From Chthoniobacterales bacterium (GTDB lineage: Bacteria > Verrucomicrobiota > Verrucomicrobiia > Chthoniobacterales > DYNR01): DNA of 64,000 nucleotides. The translations under genes and the position numbers were made by a program. The stretch spans positions 13,789-77,788 of the forward strand of contig JAOAAX010000005.1 of the NCBI GenBank assembly GCA_026418675.1, in the 5' to 3' direction. This document shows positions 1 through 9,243 of this stretch, piece by piece. The notes under the pieces were generated by a model. That model was not told the DNA's origin, did not search any database, and was given only the letters and a program-made list of their open reading frames with translations. How positions within the stretch are numbered: the stretch's first letter is position 1; each line of letters opens with the position of its first letter.

Positions 1-37
1 TTATCTACGCGCGCCTGTTTTTTTTCGCGAACAGGGG

Positions 38-529
38 TTGGAGCCTCATTCCATGTTTCCTGACTTCTCGCCGGGGCCGATTCCCCCCATTCCTGGCCTT
101 GAGGCAAGGCTTGGTGTTTGCACGGTGGTTGTGGACAACAACGGGCAAGTTCTGCTTGACCTACGATCTGATTGTCATCGCTGGGCGCTCTTTGGTGGGC
201 GTCTTGAGGCTGGTGAGTCCGTTGAACAAACCGCTTATCGAGAAACCTGCGAAGAGACAGGCCTTCAGATTCGCATTGTGCGTTTCCTTGGCTTTTTTAG
301 CAAACCGCGCTGGCGCATTGTTTGCTACCCGAACAATTCCGATTGGCGGCAACTCAACGATGTTGCAATTCTGACTGCTCCAATTCGTGGTTCCCTTACG
401 CTCAGCCAGGAAAGCGACGAACTGCGTTGGTTCGATCCAGCAGAAGTGCCGCCGAACCTCATCCGCCCTGCTATCGAAATTTTCCGCCAAGCTTTTCTTG
501 GCAGTGCTACCCATCCGATTCTGGCCTAG
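38..529 (+). CDS. NUDIX family hydrolase
   Basis: Nudix box GGRLEAGESVEQTAYRETCEETGL fits GX5EX7REUXEEXGU. The ORF opens with TTG at 38; an alternative ATG lies at 53. Confidence 0.85.
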   Translation: MEPHSMFPDFSPGPIPPIPGLEARLGVCTVVVDNNGQVLLDLRSDCHRWALFGGRLEAGESVEQTAYRETCEETGLQIRIVRFLGFFSKPRWRIVCYPNNSDWRQLNDVAILTAPIRGSLTLSQESDELRWFDPAEVPPNLIRPAIEIFRQAFLGSATHPILA

Positions 530-636
530 TTGTTTTCGCCGACACCACATTCCACGCATCCCTCCCCTCGCATTCGTTCTTTTCTTTGGTTTGAATTGAA
601 CAAAAAAATTATCCAAAAAAATTTTCAAAAAATGTA

Positions 637-664
637 TTTACATTTGCACTACATAGTTTAAAAT
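637..664 (+). promoter_or_regulatory. Putative sigma70-like promoter of the pseudopilin operon
   Basis: TTTACA (637-642), a 16-nt spacer, then TAAAAT (659-664), inside the AT-rich 590-686 stretch just upstream of the ATG at 687. Hand-counted and not tested. Confidence 0.35.
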
Positions 665-686
665 ACAGAAAAGAAGATTCCCTCGT

Positions 687-1460
687 ATGGTTCCCCCTTC
701 CAAATTTCCTCTTGCGGGTGAAGAATTGCGCAGAGAGTTTCAATTGCGCACTTTTTCTCTTAGGAAGTTCCGAGCAAAAACTTTCTGCTTAGCAAAGAGA
801 GGCACAGCCAATCCACGTTCCGTGGGGGATCAGTTTGGCTTTTCGCTAATAGAGCTTTTGGTTGTTGTGGGGATATTCGTTCTTCTCATGACGATAGCAA
901 TTCCATCGTTTAGCAATTTTGGGCGGGCGCAAGGGGTTACGGAAGCATCCTATCAGGTTGCAGCGGCAATTGAGCAGGCTCGCTCAGAGGCAATTGCTCG
1001 TAGCGGCTATGTGTGGTTAGCGATTGAAGATGAGGTAGAAGCTGGGACGCGCCAACTCCGTCTTGGAATTGCACTTGTTAAGGATAGCAACCCCACGAAT
1101 CTCTCCTCTGAAAATCTCCAGCCGCTTATTAAGCCAATGACCATTCAACGGGTAGGCTTGGCGAACTCGCAAACCCCTGAGATTGCTGGTGGCGATGAGC
1201 TTTCGTCTCACACTGGCGGTGCCACGTTTCAAGTCGGCAAAGCGCGTTTCCAGAAAGGTTGTTCGCTTCTCTTTGCGCCTACGGGAGAAGTTTCCCTCAC
1301 CGCGCCATCATCCCGAGACGATTTTCGCTTCGATCCCCTTATAGCCATCGGCATCCAAGCTGCCCGAGGTGCCAACAACCTCGATTCCAAAAACTACGCC
1401 GACATTGGAATTGATGGCAGCACGGGCATCTGCCAAATCTACCGCCCAATGAGCCAATAA
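687..1460 (+). CDS. Minor pseudopilin with prepilin-type N-terminal cleavage/methylation domain, GspH/FimT-like
   Basis: Class III signal QFG|FSLIELLVVVGIFVLLMTIAIPSF with Glu at +5. It is followed by AAAIEQARSEAIARSGYVWL, typical of GspH/FimT. A start at 687 gives an unusually long 50-aa leader. An in-frame GTG at 822 would give the short leader MGDQFG. Confidence 0.75.
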   Translation: MVPPSKFPLAGEELRREFQLRTFSLRKFRAKTFCLAKRGTANPRSVGDQFGFSLIELLVVVGIFVLLMTIAIPSFSNFGRAQGVTEASYQVAAAIEQARSEAIARSGYVWLAIEDEVEAGTRQLRLGIALVKDSNPTNLSSENLQPLIKPMTIQRVGLANSQTPEIAGGDELSSHTGGATFQVGKARFQKGCSLLFAPTGEVSLTAPSSRDDFRFDPLIAIGIQAARGANNLDSKNYADIGIDGSTGICQIYRPMSQ

Positions 1461-1503
1461 TCACCCTCTACCGAAGACAAATTGATCCTAAATTGATCCT
1501 ATT

Positions 1504-2040
1504 TTGATCCCGAAAATGAGGACTTTCCCTACACACCAGAAGTTTCTCTCGTCGCGCAATGCCTTTTCGCTGGTTGAAGTTACCCTGGCCCTTGGGATAG
1601 TTGCTTTTGCACTTGTGGCTACTATGGGCCTTCTCCCAGTTGGCCTACGTAGTATTAAAAACTCCAATGAAAGAGCTGCAGCCTCGAGTGTTGCTACTTC
1701 GTATGTAGAAGCTCTTCACGCCGCTATATCCAAAGACAACACTGTCCGCACCATTTTCCCAAACGAAACCACGCTTCGCTCTTTGAGCGCAACTTGCTAT
1801 CAGTTTCCTCGCCTAACCCTTGAAGGTGCTAGTGCAGACGATTCCAAGAAAATCCTTACTGCGGTCGTTGACATTAAACAACTCGAAAGTGATCCTACGA
1901 AAGGTCTTTCGCGGGCAATAGTTTCCGTTGCTTGGACGGCTCAAGCGAATCCTCAATGGAATTCCTCTACTCATTCGTGGAGCCGAGCTGACGGCCATGT
2001 GACCATTCCCGTGCAATTCCTTCCCCGAAAAATCCGTTAA
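1504..2040 (+). CDS. Minor pseudopilin (prepilin-type N-terminus), GspI-like position
   Basis: SRNA|FSLVEVTLALGIVAFALVATMGLLPVG: hydrophobic pilin helix with Glu5, and Ala instead of Gly at -1. Lies 43 nt after the previous gene. TTG at 1504, alternative ATG at 1516. Confidence 0.65.
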   Translation: MIPKMRTFPTHQKFLSSRNAFSLVEVTLALGIVAFALVATMGLLPVGLRSIKNSNERAAASSVATSYVEALHAAISKDNTVRTIFPNETTLRSLSATCYQFPRLTLEGASADDSKKILTAVVDIKQLESDPTKGLSRAIVSVAWTAQANPQWNSSTHSWSRADGHVTIPVQFLPRKIR

Positions 2041-2053
2041 TTTCAGCAAGACA

Positions 2054-2920
2054 ATGTCAACTAAACCCATTCGAAAAGTTTATGTGCTTGATTTAGGCTC
2101 TGTGAGAGGTTTTTCCCTTGTGGAGGTTCTTACGGCTACGGCGGTTCTTGCGTTGATTCTGCTTTTGATGGTTCAAATTACGGACGGCATTCTTAATTCC
2201 ACACGTCTTCAGAATCGGCAACTCGACTCCGTTGCTGCTGCTCGCCGTGCCTTAGACACGATCACAACCGATTTCACGAATGGTATTGTCACCAATGAGG
2301 TATCCATCTTGCTTCGCGAAGCCTCACCCAACATGCCATTCCTTGCTCTTCTAACGAATCGTCCTCCTCCGCGCAACGCATCGCAGCATCGCTTCCTTGC
2401 CGTCCAATACGAATACGATTCTCAGAAGGCAAAGCTCTATCGCAACTACAAATCGGTTAGTTTCTCCGATTCCAAGCTCTTTAATGAAATGGCTTCTTCG
2501 GACTTCAATCGTCCTGACATCCCTTTAGCCGGTGGCATACTTGGCTTTTACCTCGAAGTATTTACTACAGACGAGTCCAATCCGATCAAGGTTCCAAGCG
2601 ATGCTGTTTCCGACGATTGGGCAACGACCTCTGATTACAACGGCTATTCAGTTCCCTCTGGCTGGAAAGCTCTCCTTACGCCATCTTCCTCCTTTGCAAA
2701 AAACCCGGGCAAAACAACCTTTTCTATCCGCATTTGGATGGCTGCCACCGAGCCACAATCCCTCGACCTCCTTGAAAAAACCGGAAAACTTTCCACTACT
2801 CTCGGAATTTTTTCTAACCACGACCCTCGCGATTGGCGGACAGCCCTCGATGCTTCCTCCCTTCCACCGGCTGTCAAATCTTCTACGCGCATCCTCCAGC
2901 GGACTTTCCCTGTAAACTAG
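2054..2920 (+). CDS. Minor pseudopilin (prepilin-type N-terminus), GspJ-like position
   Basis: SVRG|FSLVEVLTATAVLALILLLMVQI. Lies 13 nt after the previous gene; 288 aa. Confidence 0.65.
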   Translation: MSTKPIRKVYVLDLGSVRGFSLVEVLTATAVLALILLLMVQITDGILNSTRLQNRQLDSVAAARRALDTITTDFTNGIVTNEVSILLREASPNMPFLALLTNRPPPRNASQHRFLAVQYEYDSQKAKLYRNYKSVSFSDSKLFNEMASSDFNRPDIPLAGGILGFYLEVFTTDESNPIKVPSDAVSDDWATTSDYNGYSVPSGWKALLTPSSSFAKNPGKTTFSIRIWMAATEPQSLDLLEKTGKLSTTLGIFSNHDPRDWRTALDASSLPPAVKSSTRILQRTFPVN

Positions 2921-2945
2921 CCTATTCAAATTTTACCAATAGCCT

Positions 2946-5900
2946 ATGCAAAAAGCTTACTATCTTCAAAAATTCCGCCGGCTCCGGAATGGATTTTTTT
3001 CTTCGCACCGGCGCAGAGATCGCGGGGTTGCCCTAGTGATTACCCTCTCCCTTCTTGTTCTTGTAACCTTTGCTTCCGTAGCGTTTTTCAGCCGCGCAAC
3101 TTCGAATTACCGTGTCGAGACCACGCGCACCAATCAACAAGTTGTCTCCTCCACCATGCCTTCCGTTGAAGCTTACCTTATAAATCTTTTCCTCCAAGAA
3201 CTCATTGCCAATTCAAACCAAATCGGGAGCAACCCCATCATTTACCAACCCACTGGGGCAGCAAAAATCATCCCCGAATTCAAAGGCACTTCCGCCGTCG
3301 GCAACCCCAACTTCCCTACCCTCATCCGCCAATCCGTCCCTGGCGCCGATCTCAATGCCTCCGGACACAGCACGGAGCAGCCCTCTGCAAACGGCATCTC
3401 AATTCAACCTTCGGCTTGGAATGCGCCAATGCTCCACCTCGGTTCCGGTTTTACCTCCGGTCAGACACCCAACTGGATTTACATCCAGAAAGACAGCTCC
3501 TACTCCGCATCTCCGAATCAAAATACCGTAGGCCGTTTCGCTTACAACGTCTATGAGGTTAGCGGCCTCCTCAACGCCAATGCTGCCGGCTATCCCTCGT
3601 CCGTCTCAGACACCCGAGAATTAAAATCCTCCACTGCCGGTGCAAACCTCAATTCTCTTGGCATCTCATCTAGCGCCATCAGCAACCTTATCCAATTCCG
3701 CACCAACAACTTCAGTGGCAATTACGTAGAACTTGTTCGTTTCGCTCTCCGCTCGGGCTTCCTCTCCTCAACTGTTAGCGTTTCGGGTTCCAACCTCACC
3801 CTCAACCGTTTCACTACACGCCAGGACCTCATCCGCTACGCTACCCGAGTCAATTCAGGTCTTGCCCCAGCCCTTCCCTACTTGACCCACTTCTCTCGCC
3901 ACTCCACCTCCCCCACATGGTCACCCACTACGCCCCAGGGAAGCACCATCGACTACACAGCCTTGGCAAATACGGCTTCAGCTCCCAACCGTTTCCTCCC
4001 CAACGTCCGCGTTCAATCCAGCTTCACCCGAGCCGATGGCACATCAGCGAAAGCTGGCGAACCCCTGCTAAAAAGTCGCTTTCCCCTCTCCCGCCTGGCT
4101 GCAATTGGTCCAAATGGAGTGAATTCTTCTGCTCAAAGCCTAGTGAATGGCCAGCTTACCAACGCCACTCCTGCTACGGTCCAGCGCGATTTCGGCCTCC
4201 GCTGGCAAAATGGCCGCTGGGAATATGTTGGCTCTACAGGTTCTACAGTCCAAAATACGATCAAAACCCTTGCCGAAGTTGCCTCCGAGAACCGCGAACC
4301 GAATTTCTTCGAACTCCTCAAAGCCGGCATCCTCTCCGGTTCGATTGGACATGCTTCTGCAAGCAAGACCATCGCCGGAGCCTTTACCCGAACTCTTGAG
4401 GACGACGAAGACCTCCAGATTGCCCGCATTGCCGCTTGTGTCATAGACCAATTCGATAATGACAACTACCCCACCACGATCAATTTCGGCGGGGTCCATG
4501 TCCATGGAGTAGAGGACATCCCATATCTTTTTGGCATCCTCAATATGGAACGTTGGAGGCACGACCCGTGGGGACAATACACGAATGACAACCCACCCGG
4601 GACTACCTCTCGAAATTACACAATTAGCATGGCTATCAAATGGTCTCCCACATTTTGGAATCCCCACCGCTCCGCAATAACCCCATCCCAACAGCCAACC
4701 AGTATTCGTGCCCGAATTCTCGGAGGTCAAATCACCTCAATCGTCCATACCGGGCTTGGCGCTTCTGGAAATGTTACCGCACTAGACCAAACCATCCCCA
4801 TTCCACTCCCCACTTCCACAACGATTACTTTCTCTTCTCCCTATACCACAAATAACCACTTCCGCGATCGCAACCGCCCGGCAGATGGTAATTTTGCAAC
4901 AGGAAGTTTACCAAGTCAGTTACCCTGGTGGAATAGCAATCCAGGGACTGGTGGGGACAGCTATTGTGGTTTTCCCATCTTAACCAGGAACCAAGCTACC
5001 ATCCGGAATGTTACAACAACTACTGCACAGGGCTGGTTTGCGCGTATTGATGTCAATCAGGCCCAAATTGTCTTAGAATACTACGATGGAAGCGCTTGGA
5101 GAATTTACGATACCGTCGCTGGTTACACGAACCTTCCTATAACAGGAATTACTACAGGTGCAACAGAAAACTGGGAATATGGAACTTGTGCCTTCTGGAT
5201 CCGCTCACAAAATAATGTCGGAAATGATCCCCAATTTTCTGGTAAATGGGACCCACGAACAACCCGTTGGGCTGCCTGTCGCGGAACGAGCACCACCAGT
5301 GGTTCGCCCCCCAATAATTCCATCATCTTCACTCTCTGGAATGTCACCTCCGGCCGTGCAGATTCTTTTCGCTACAACAAACCTTTTGCTTTTCTTTCAA
5401 CCACACCCAACCCCACTTATTTCTCCCGTTGGCCAAATGGGGGGACAACTGTTCAACTGGACGTAAAATTCGCGGACCCGGATGGTGTGGTGCGCCCCAG
5501 CGATGGCTACCTTGGTCCAAACATCCTCCAAAATCCTACAAATACCTCTTTCCGGTATCCCATTCTGCAAAGAAAGTTCCTAAATGTAGCAGAGCTAGGT
5601 TATACTTTCCGGGATACCCCTTGGCAAAGCCTCAACTTTTTCCACGATCGCAGTGCAGACAGCGCTTTGCTCGATTTATTTTGTGTGGACGAAGAAGCTT
5701 ACCTCAGCAACGCTATCAGCGCAGGCAAAATAAACCCGAACACAGCTCCTCAAAAAGTCCTGGAGGCCCTTGCTGAAGGAGTTCCTCGTGACCCCGAGGG
5801 AAGCGGAGGAAATATCAATCCAACTGTAACCGCCCAGGGGTTCTTGAGCTTTAGAAGCAACACAAAACTGACGAACAAAGCCCAATTGGTAAATTTCATT

Positions 5901-6152
5901 TCATCTGGACAGAATTCCGATCCTGAAACTCTCAAATGGCGTCGCGAGGCACCTGTTCGCGCTTGGGCTGACGTCTTCGAAACCCGCAACTGGAACCTCT
6001 TTGCCGATGTAATCGTTCAAGTCGGTAGAGTGCCCCCTGGCTCCTCTGGTTTCCTTGTCGAAGGGCAACAGCGAACGTGGACCTCCGTTGCTATTGACCG
6101 TTTTACTGCCGAAATCCTCGAAAAATCCTCCGAAGTCGTCACCTCAAATTAA
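2946..6152 (+). CDS. Giant GspK/PilX-like pseudopilin (1068 aa), possible filament tip protein
   Basis: N-terminus RDRG|VALVITLSLLVLVTFASVAFF is a pilin-type helix without Glu5, as in GspK. The C-terminal region carries GKINPNTAPQKVLEALAEG (about 5720-5775), resembling the GspK/ComEA-type 'kiNiNTA' helix-hairpin-helix motif. The roughly 800 aa between are S/T/N-rich. Lies 25 nt after the previous gene. Confidence 0.6.
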   Translation: MQKAYYLQKFRRLRNGFFSSHRRRDRGVALVITLSLLVLVTFASVAFFSRATSNYRVETTRTNQQVVSSTMPSVEAYLINLFLQELIANSNQIGSNPIIYQPTGAAKIIPEFKGTSAVGNPNFPTLIRQSVPGADLNASGHSTEQPSANGISIQPSAWNAPMLHLGSGFTSGQTPNWIYIQKDSSYSASPNQNTVGRFAYNVYEVSGLLNANAAGYPSSVSDTRELKSSTAGANLNSLGISSSAISNLIQFRTNNFSGNYVELVRFALRSGFLSSTVSVSGSNLTLNRFTTRQDLIRYATRVNSGLAPALPYLTHFSRHSTSPTWSPTTPQGSTIDYTALANTASAPNRFLPNVRVQSSFTRADGTSAKAGEPLLKSRFPLSRLAAIGPNGVNSSAQSLVNGQLTNATPATVQRDFGLRWQNGRWEYVGSTGSTVQNTIKTLAEVASENREPNFFELLKAGILSGSIGHASASKTIAGAFTRTLEDDEDLQIARIAACVIDQFDNDNYPTTINFGGVHVHGVEDIPYLFGILNMERWRHDPWGQYTNDNPPGTTSRNYTISMAIKWSPTFWNPHRSAITPSQQPTSIRARILGGQITSIVHTGLGASGNVTALDQTIPIPLPTSTTITFSSPYTTNNHFRDRNRPADGNFATGSLPSQLPWWNSNPGTGGDSYCGFPILTRNQATIRNVTTTTAQGWFARIDVNQAQIVLEYYDGSAWRIYDTVAGYTNLPITGITTGATENWEYGTCAFWIRSQNNVGNDPQFSGKWDPRTTRWAACRGTSTTSGSPPNNSIIFTLWNVTSGRADSFRYNKPFAFLSTTPNPTYFSRWPNGGTTVQLDVKFADPDGVVRPSDGYLGPNILQNPTNTSFRYPILQRKFLNVAELGYTFRDTPWQSLNFFHDRSADSALLDLFCVDEEAYLSNAISAGKINPNTAPQKVLEALAEGVPRDPEGSGGNINPTVTAQGFLSFRSNTKLTNKAQLVNFISSGQNSDPETLKWRREAPVRAWADVFETRNWNLFADVIVQVGRVPPGSSGFLVEGQQRTWTSVAIDRFTAEILEKSSEVVTSN

Positions 6153-6158
6153 ATCCCT

Positions 6159-6962
6159 ATGATGCGAAAACAATTCTTATTTTTTTCCCCTTCCTTAGCG
6201 ATCGCAGTATCGCTTCTCTCAACCCCGTTATTACTGGCCCAGACTTCCACGCCGCCGCCACCCCCTCCCCCCCCTCAGCTCCCACTCTTCTTAGAAATTC
6301 CTCCCAACACCACCTTCTCTATCACTATCCAGTATGCGGATACCCCCTCCCAAGAAGAAGCCAAACTCATGGAACTTTCAGGGAATCAAACCTCGCCAAC
6401 GACCGACCGACCCGTATTCGTCCAGTTCTGGCGCGATTCCAATAATATCCGGATAGCTTTGAAACACGAGAACAATGTTCAAACCGAAGGGTATCTCTTC
6501 GAGTCGGGTTTTCTCGTTCGCTCTACAGCCAACAACGAGCAAGCATTTGTGACACCTGCCGATTCGGGCCGCCGAAGCATTCAAAGCTTCTATACAAAGT
6601 TCTTCCCGGCCACCCAATGGCTGGACATGAAGTTTTACAAAGGCACAACCCAAACAGAAACGGGAGAAGTATTCTACGTTTTTGAGCAACCGCCTACGAA
6701 TAAACCCCTCCCACAACTTGCTCCCGGTGAATCTCCACCGCCGGACTTCGATCCATGGGAGTATGTCCTCATGACTGCAAAGCTCCGCGTCCCAACGAAA
6801 TATCCGGCGGAAATAAAAATCGGAGACACTACCTACCAATTTAGCCCGATTGAAAAGTGGACCGGCTCCATCTCCTTGCCGTCCAATTTCCGCCAAGCCG
6901 CTGAAAATTTTACTCAACAAATTTCCATCATCGAGGCCTTCCGCAAAAAAAATCAAAAATAA
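6159..6962 (+). CDS. Secreted hypothetical protein with poly-proline tract
   Basis: Signal-peptide-like N-terminus MMRKQFLFFSPSLAIAVSLLSTPLLLAQ, then TSTPPPPPPPPPQ. Lies 6 nt after the giant gene, so probably co-transcribed. No recognisable domain. Confidence 0.55.
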   Translation: MMRKQFLFFSPSLAIAVSLLSTPLLLAQTSTPPPPPPPPQLPLFLEIPPNTTFSITIQYADTPSQEEAKLMELSGNQTSPTTDRPVFVQFWRDSNNIRIALKHENNVQTEGYLFESGFLVRSTANNEQAFVTPADSGRRSIQSFYTKFFPATQWLDMKFYKGTTQTETGEVFYVFEQPPTNKPLPQLAPGESPPPDFDPWEYVLMTAKLRVPTKYPAEIKIGDTTYQFSPIEKWTGSISLPSNFRQAAENFTQQISIIEAFRKKNQK

Positions 6963-7175
6963 TCCTCTCGACCTTTTCTGTCCTCCTTCTTTTTTTCTCC
7001 TCGATTTGTTCTCCGTGGTTTGTCACAAAATTGCTTGCTTTGTCTATCCCATTTCCACGGAATCACCCATTTTTAGAATTTCGGCCGAAACTTTGTTCCG
7101 CTTCTCTTTAACAAAAAGGGTTAGGTTTTCCGCCGCTGAAAATTTATCAGAATATCTCAAAATTAATGGAGCTTT

Positions 7176-8057
7176 TTGGGAATGGAAGATAAATCGGAGT
7201 CAGAGAGGATAGAGCAGTGGGTTTGGAGCAGGACGGCTTTAGTGAGTGCCGAGGACGAGTGGGAGAAACGGTTAGAATTTTTGCCACCGGGTTCGTGGGT
7301 CATCCTCCGCCGATCCGACCGCAAGCGACTTCTCCTTCGAGCCTACATTGACGAGGAATTAGCGTTCAAACTTCATCGTGAGTTTGGCGGGAAATGCCGT
7401 CCGCTTCCTGTAAATGAATGGCAAAAGGCCCTGCGTCAGCAGACGCGCGTGCTTTCGATCCGAGGGAAACTCTTAATTTGCTCCGACCCAAAGGCTTTCG
7501 AGGAATTCCGCCGATCCTCCTCGTTCCCACCGGCAATATACATTCCTGCATCTTTAGCGTTTGGAACCGGGAATCATCCAACTACCTCCCGTTGCTTGCG
7601 CCTCCTGGCAGACCTCTGTCCAAAATTTACCAACCAACCATTTCATGTTGCTGATGTTGGGTGTGGAAGCGGAATTCTCTCGATTGCCGCGAAATTCCTC
7701 GGAGCGAATACAGTTGAATCGCTCGACTATGACCCCATCTGCATCCGCGAAACCCGCCACAATGCTTACCGAAATGGGGTTGAATTAGAACGGGTCCTTT
7801 TAGCGGATCTTCAAGAATGGGAGCCCATGCGCCCATGCAACCTGATCCTGGCCAATCTCCTCTCGGAAACTCTTATTGGCGGAGCAGAGAAGTTGGCTTC
7901 TTCGTTGGCTCCCGAGGGAATTCTTATTTTCAGTGGTGTGATGCGCTGGCAAATTGAGGAAGTTACCGAAGCCTTCCGCAAACAGGGGCTAAAGGTTACC
8001 CATGCAAACAGCCGAGGCAAGTGGGTTACAGCTCTAGCTAAAAAGCAAGAAAAGTAG
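7176..8057 (+). CDS. prmA: Ribosomal protein L11 methyltransferase
   Basis: FGTGNHPTTSRCLRLL and the SAM motif DVGCGSGILSIAA. TTG at 7176, alternative ATG at 7182. Confidence 0.9.
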   Translation: MGMEDKSESERIEQWVWSRTALVSAEDEWEKRLEFLPPGSWVILRRSDRKRLLLRAYIDEELAFKLHREFGGKCRPLPVNEWQKALRQQTRVLSIRGKLLICSDPKAFEEFRRSSSFPPAIYIPASLAFGTGNHPTTSRCLRLLADLCPKFTNQPFHVADVGCGSGILSIAAKFLGANTVESLDYDPICIRETRHNAYRNGVELERVLLADLQEWEPMRPCNLILANLLSETLIGGAEKLASSLAPEGILIFSGVMRWQIEEVTEAFRKQGLKVTHANSRGKWVTALAKKQEK

Positions 8058-8076
8058 AAACCTCTGCCTGAACGAA

Positions 8077-9159
8077 TCAAAGTTGAGCTAGAACCGTTCG
8101 TGCGGCGGCCTCCCACGTGAATCGCTTGATCTGCTGACTCGCAGCTAAGCCTTTTTGCCTCACAACATCTCGATGGGTAAAGGCAAACTCTAAGTGAGCA
8201 AGGATTTCCTCCAGGCTTGGCTCTACCCAGTCTGCTATCAATTTGCCGTCCTGCTCCATTTGCAACGGTTGATTCTCACGGAGCAGGAAAGCGGATTCTT
8301 CGGTCAAAACGTCCCGTTGACCCGTTGCATACGTTGCAATTGCAGGACGCCCACAGGCCATATACTCCATCAAAACTAAATTTGTTGCGCCTTCACAGCG
8401 GTTCGGAAAAAGACCAATATCAGTGGATTGATAGACTTCGCGCATCCTGTCGTTGGGGACTTCCCCAAGCACAATGGTTCGTTGCAAATCCACCCCATTC
8501 TCCGCTAAGATGTTTTTAAGGATTTCTGTGATGTGAGTTCCACGAAATTCACAGGAAATCCATCGCGAATTTGCCATGCTAACCATGGTTTGCGGCCAAG
8601 GATTGTGCCAGGCATTGACGAACAGAACTTCCTTGTGCCGCTTCTGGAAAATCGAAACGGCCCGAATGACTACGTCCTGAGCTTTACGAAATTCGAATTT
8701 TCCTCCGGAGAAGATTACAAAAGAATCGCGGTTGTTAGGTTCGGAATAGCTAAAAAGTTTTCCATCGACCCCATGAAGGAGAACAAGGCAATTGGGTATC
8801 CCGGCTGCTTTAAGCTTTTCGAGATTCCAGCTCGAGCCGCAGAAAATGCAGTCGAAGTTTTTCGCGTTTTGAATAGAATTTGAATTTAGTTCTTGCTCGA
8901 AGACCGCGTAGCCAAAGTTGCGAATGCCCCGTGCCTTGTAGAGTGGCTCGAAATTGACGTCTTTTAGCACGTTGAAGATGGTTCCGTCGAGAAACTTTCT
9001 ATCTTCGAAAGTGCAGAGGTCCTCCAGGAGGAATGTTCTGGGATAAAGTCTGCGCAACTCGGTCTTTAAGTAATGGCTGCAGGTGCCCCAGCCGAAATTT
9101 TGGCCCCGAGGTAAGCCCAAGTAGAGGGATTGGGTTGCTGTATTCAAGAAGGCAGGCAC
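8077..9159 (-). CDS. GT-B fold glycosyltransferase (family 1/4-like)
   Basis: C-terminal EX7E-type motif region FPNRCEGATNLVLMEYMACGRPAIAT; 360 aa. Confidence 0.7.
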   Translation of the reverse strand: MPAFLNTATQSLYLGLPRGQNFGWGTCSHYLKTELRRLYPRTFLLEDLCTFEDRKFLDGTIFNVLKDVNFEPLYKARGIRNFGYAVFEQELNSNSIQNAKNFDCIFCGSSWNLEKLKAAGIPNCLVLLHGVDGKLFSYSEPNNRDSFVIFSGGKFEFRKAQDVVIRAVSIFQKRHKEVLFVNAWHNPWPQTMVSMANSRWISCEFRGTHITEILKNILAENGVDLQRTIVLGEVPNDRMREVYQSTDIGLFPNRCEGATNLVLMEYMACGRPAIATYATGQRDVLTEESAFLLRENQPLQMEQDGKLIADWVEPSLEEILAHLEFAFTHRDVVRQKGLAASQQIKRFTWEAAARTVLAQL

Positions 9160-9243
9160 TTAGAGTTTCAACTTTAAAAAAAATAGTAAGCGAAAGGGAA
9201 AAGCCTCAAAAGAAGGTAAATTCCCTCAAATTCTAGGGAGTGG

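Noticed and set aside
3205-5989. Alternative-frame ORFs inside the 1068-aa gene (3205-3531, 3917-4399, 4140-4730, 5158-5466, 5429-5776 and others).
   Set aside because: They are nested within one long uninterrupted frame that has pilin-type N-terminal and GspK-like C-terminal motifs. The alternatives are Pro/Ser/Arg-rich with no signals.
7079-7090. Perfect 12-nt palindrome tttcggccgaaa in the intergenic region upstream of prmA.
   Set aside because: It is too short and has no loop, no flanking U-run and no second copy in the window. This is compatible with chance.
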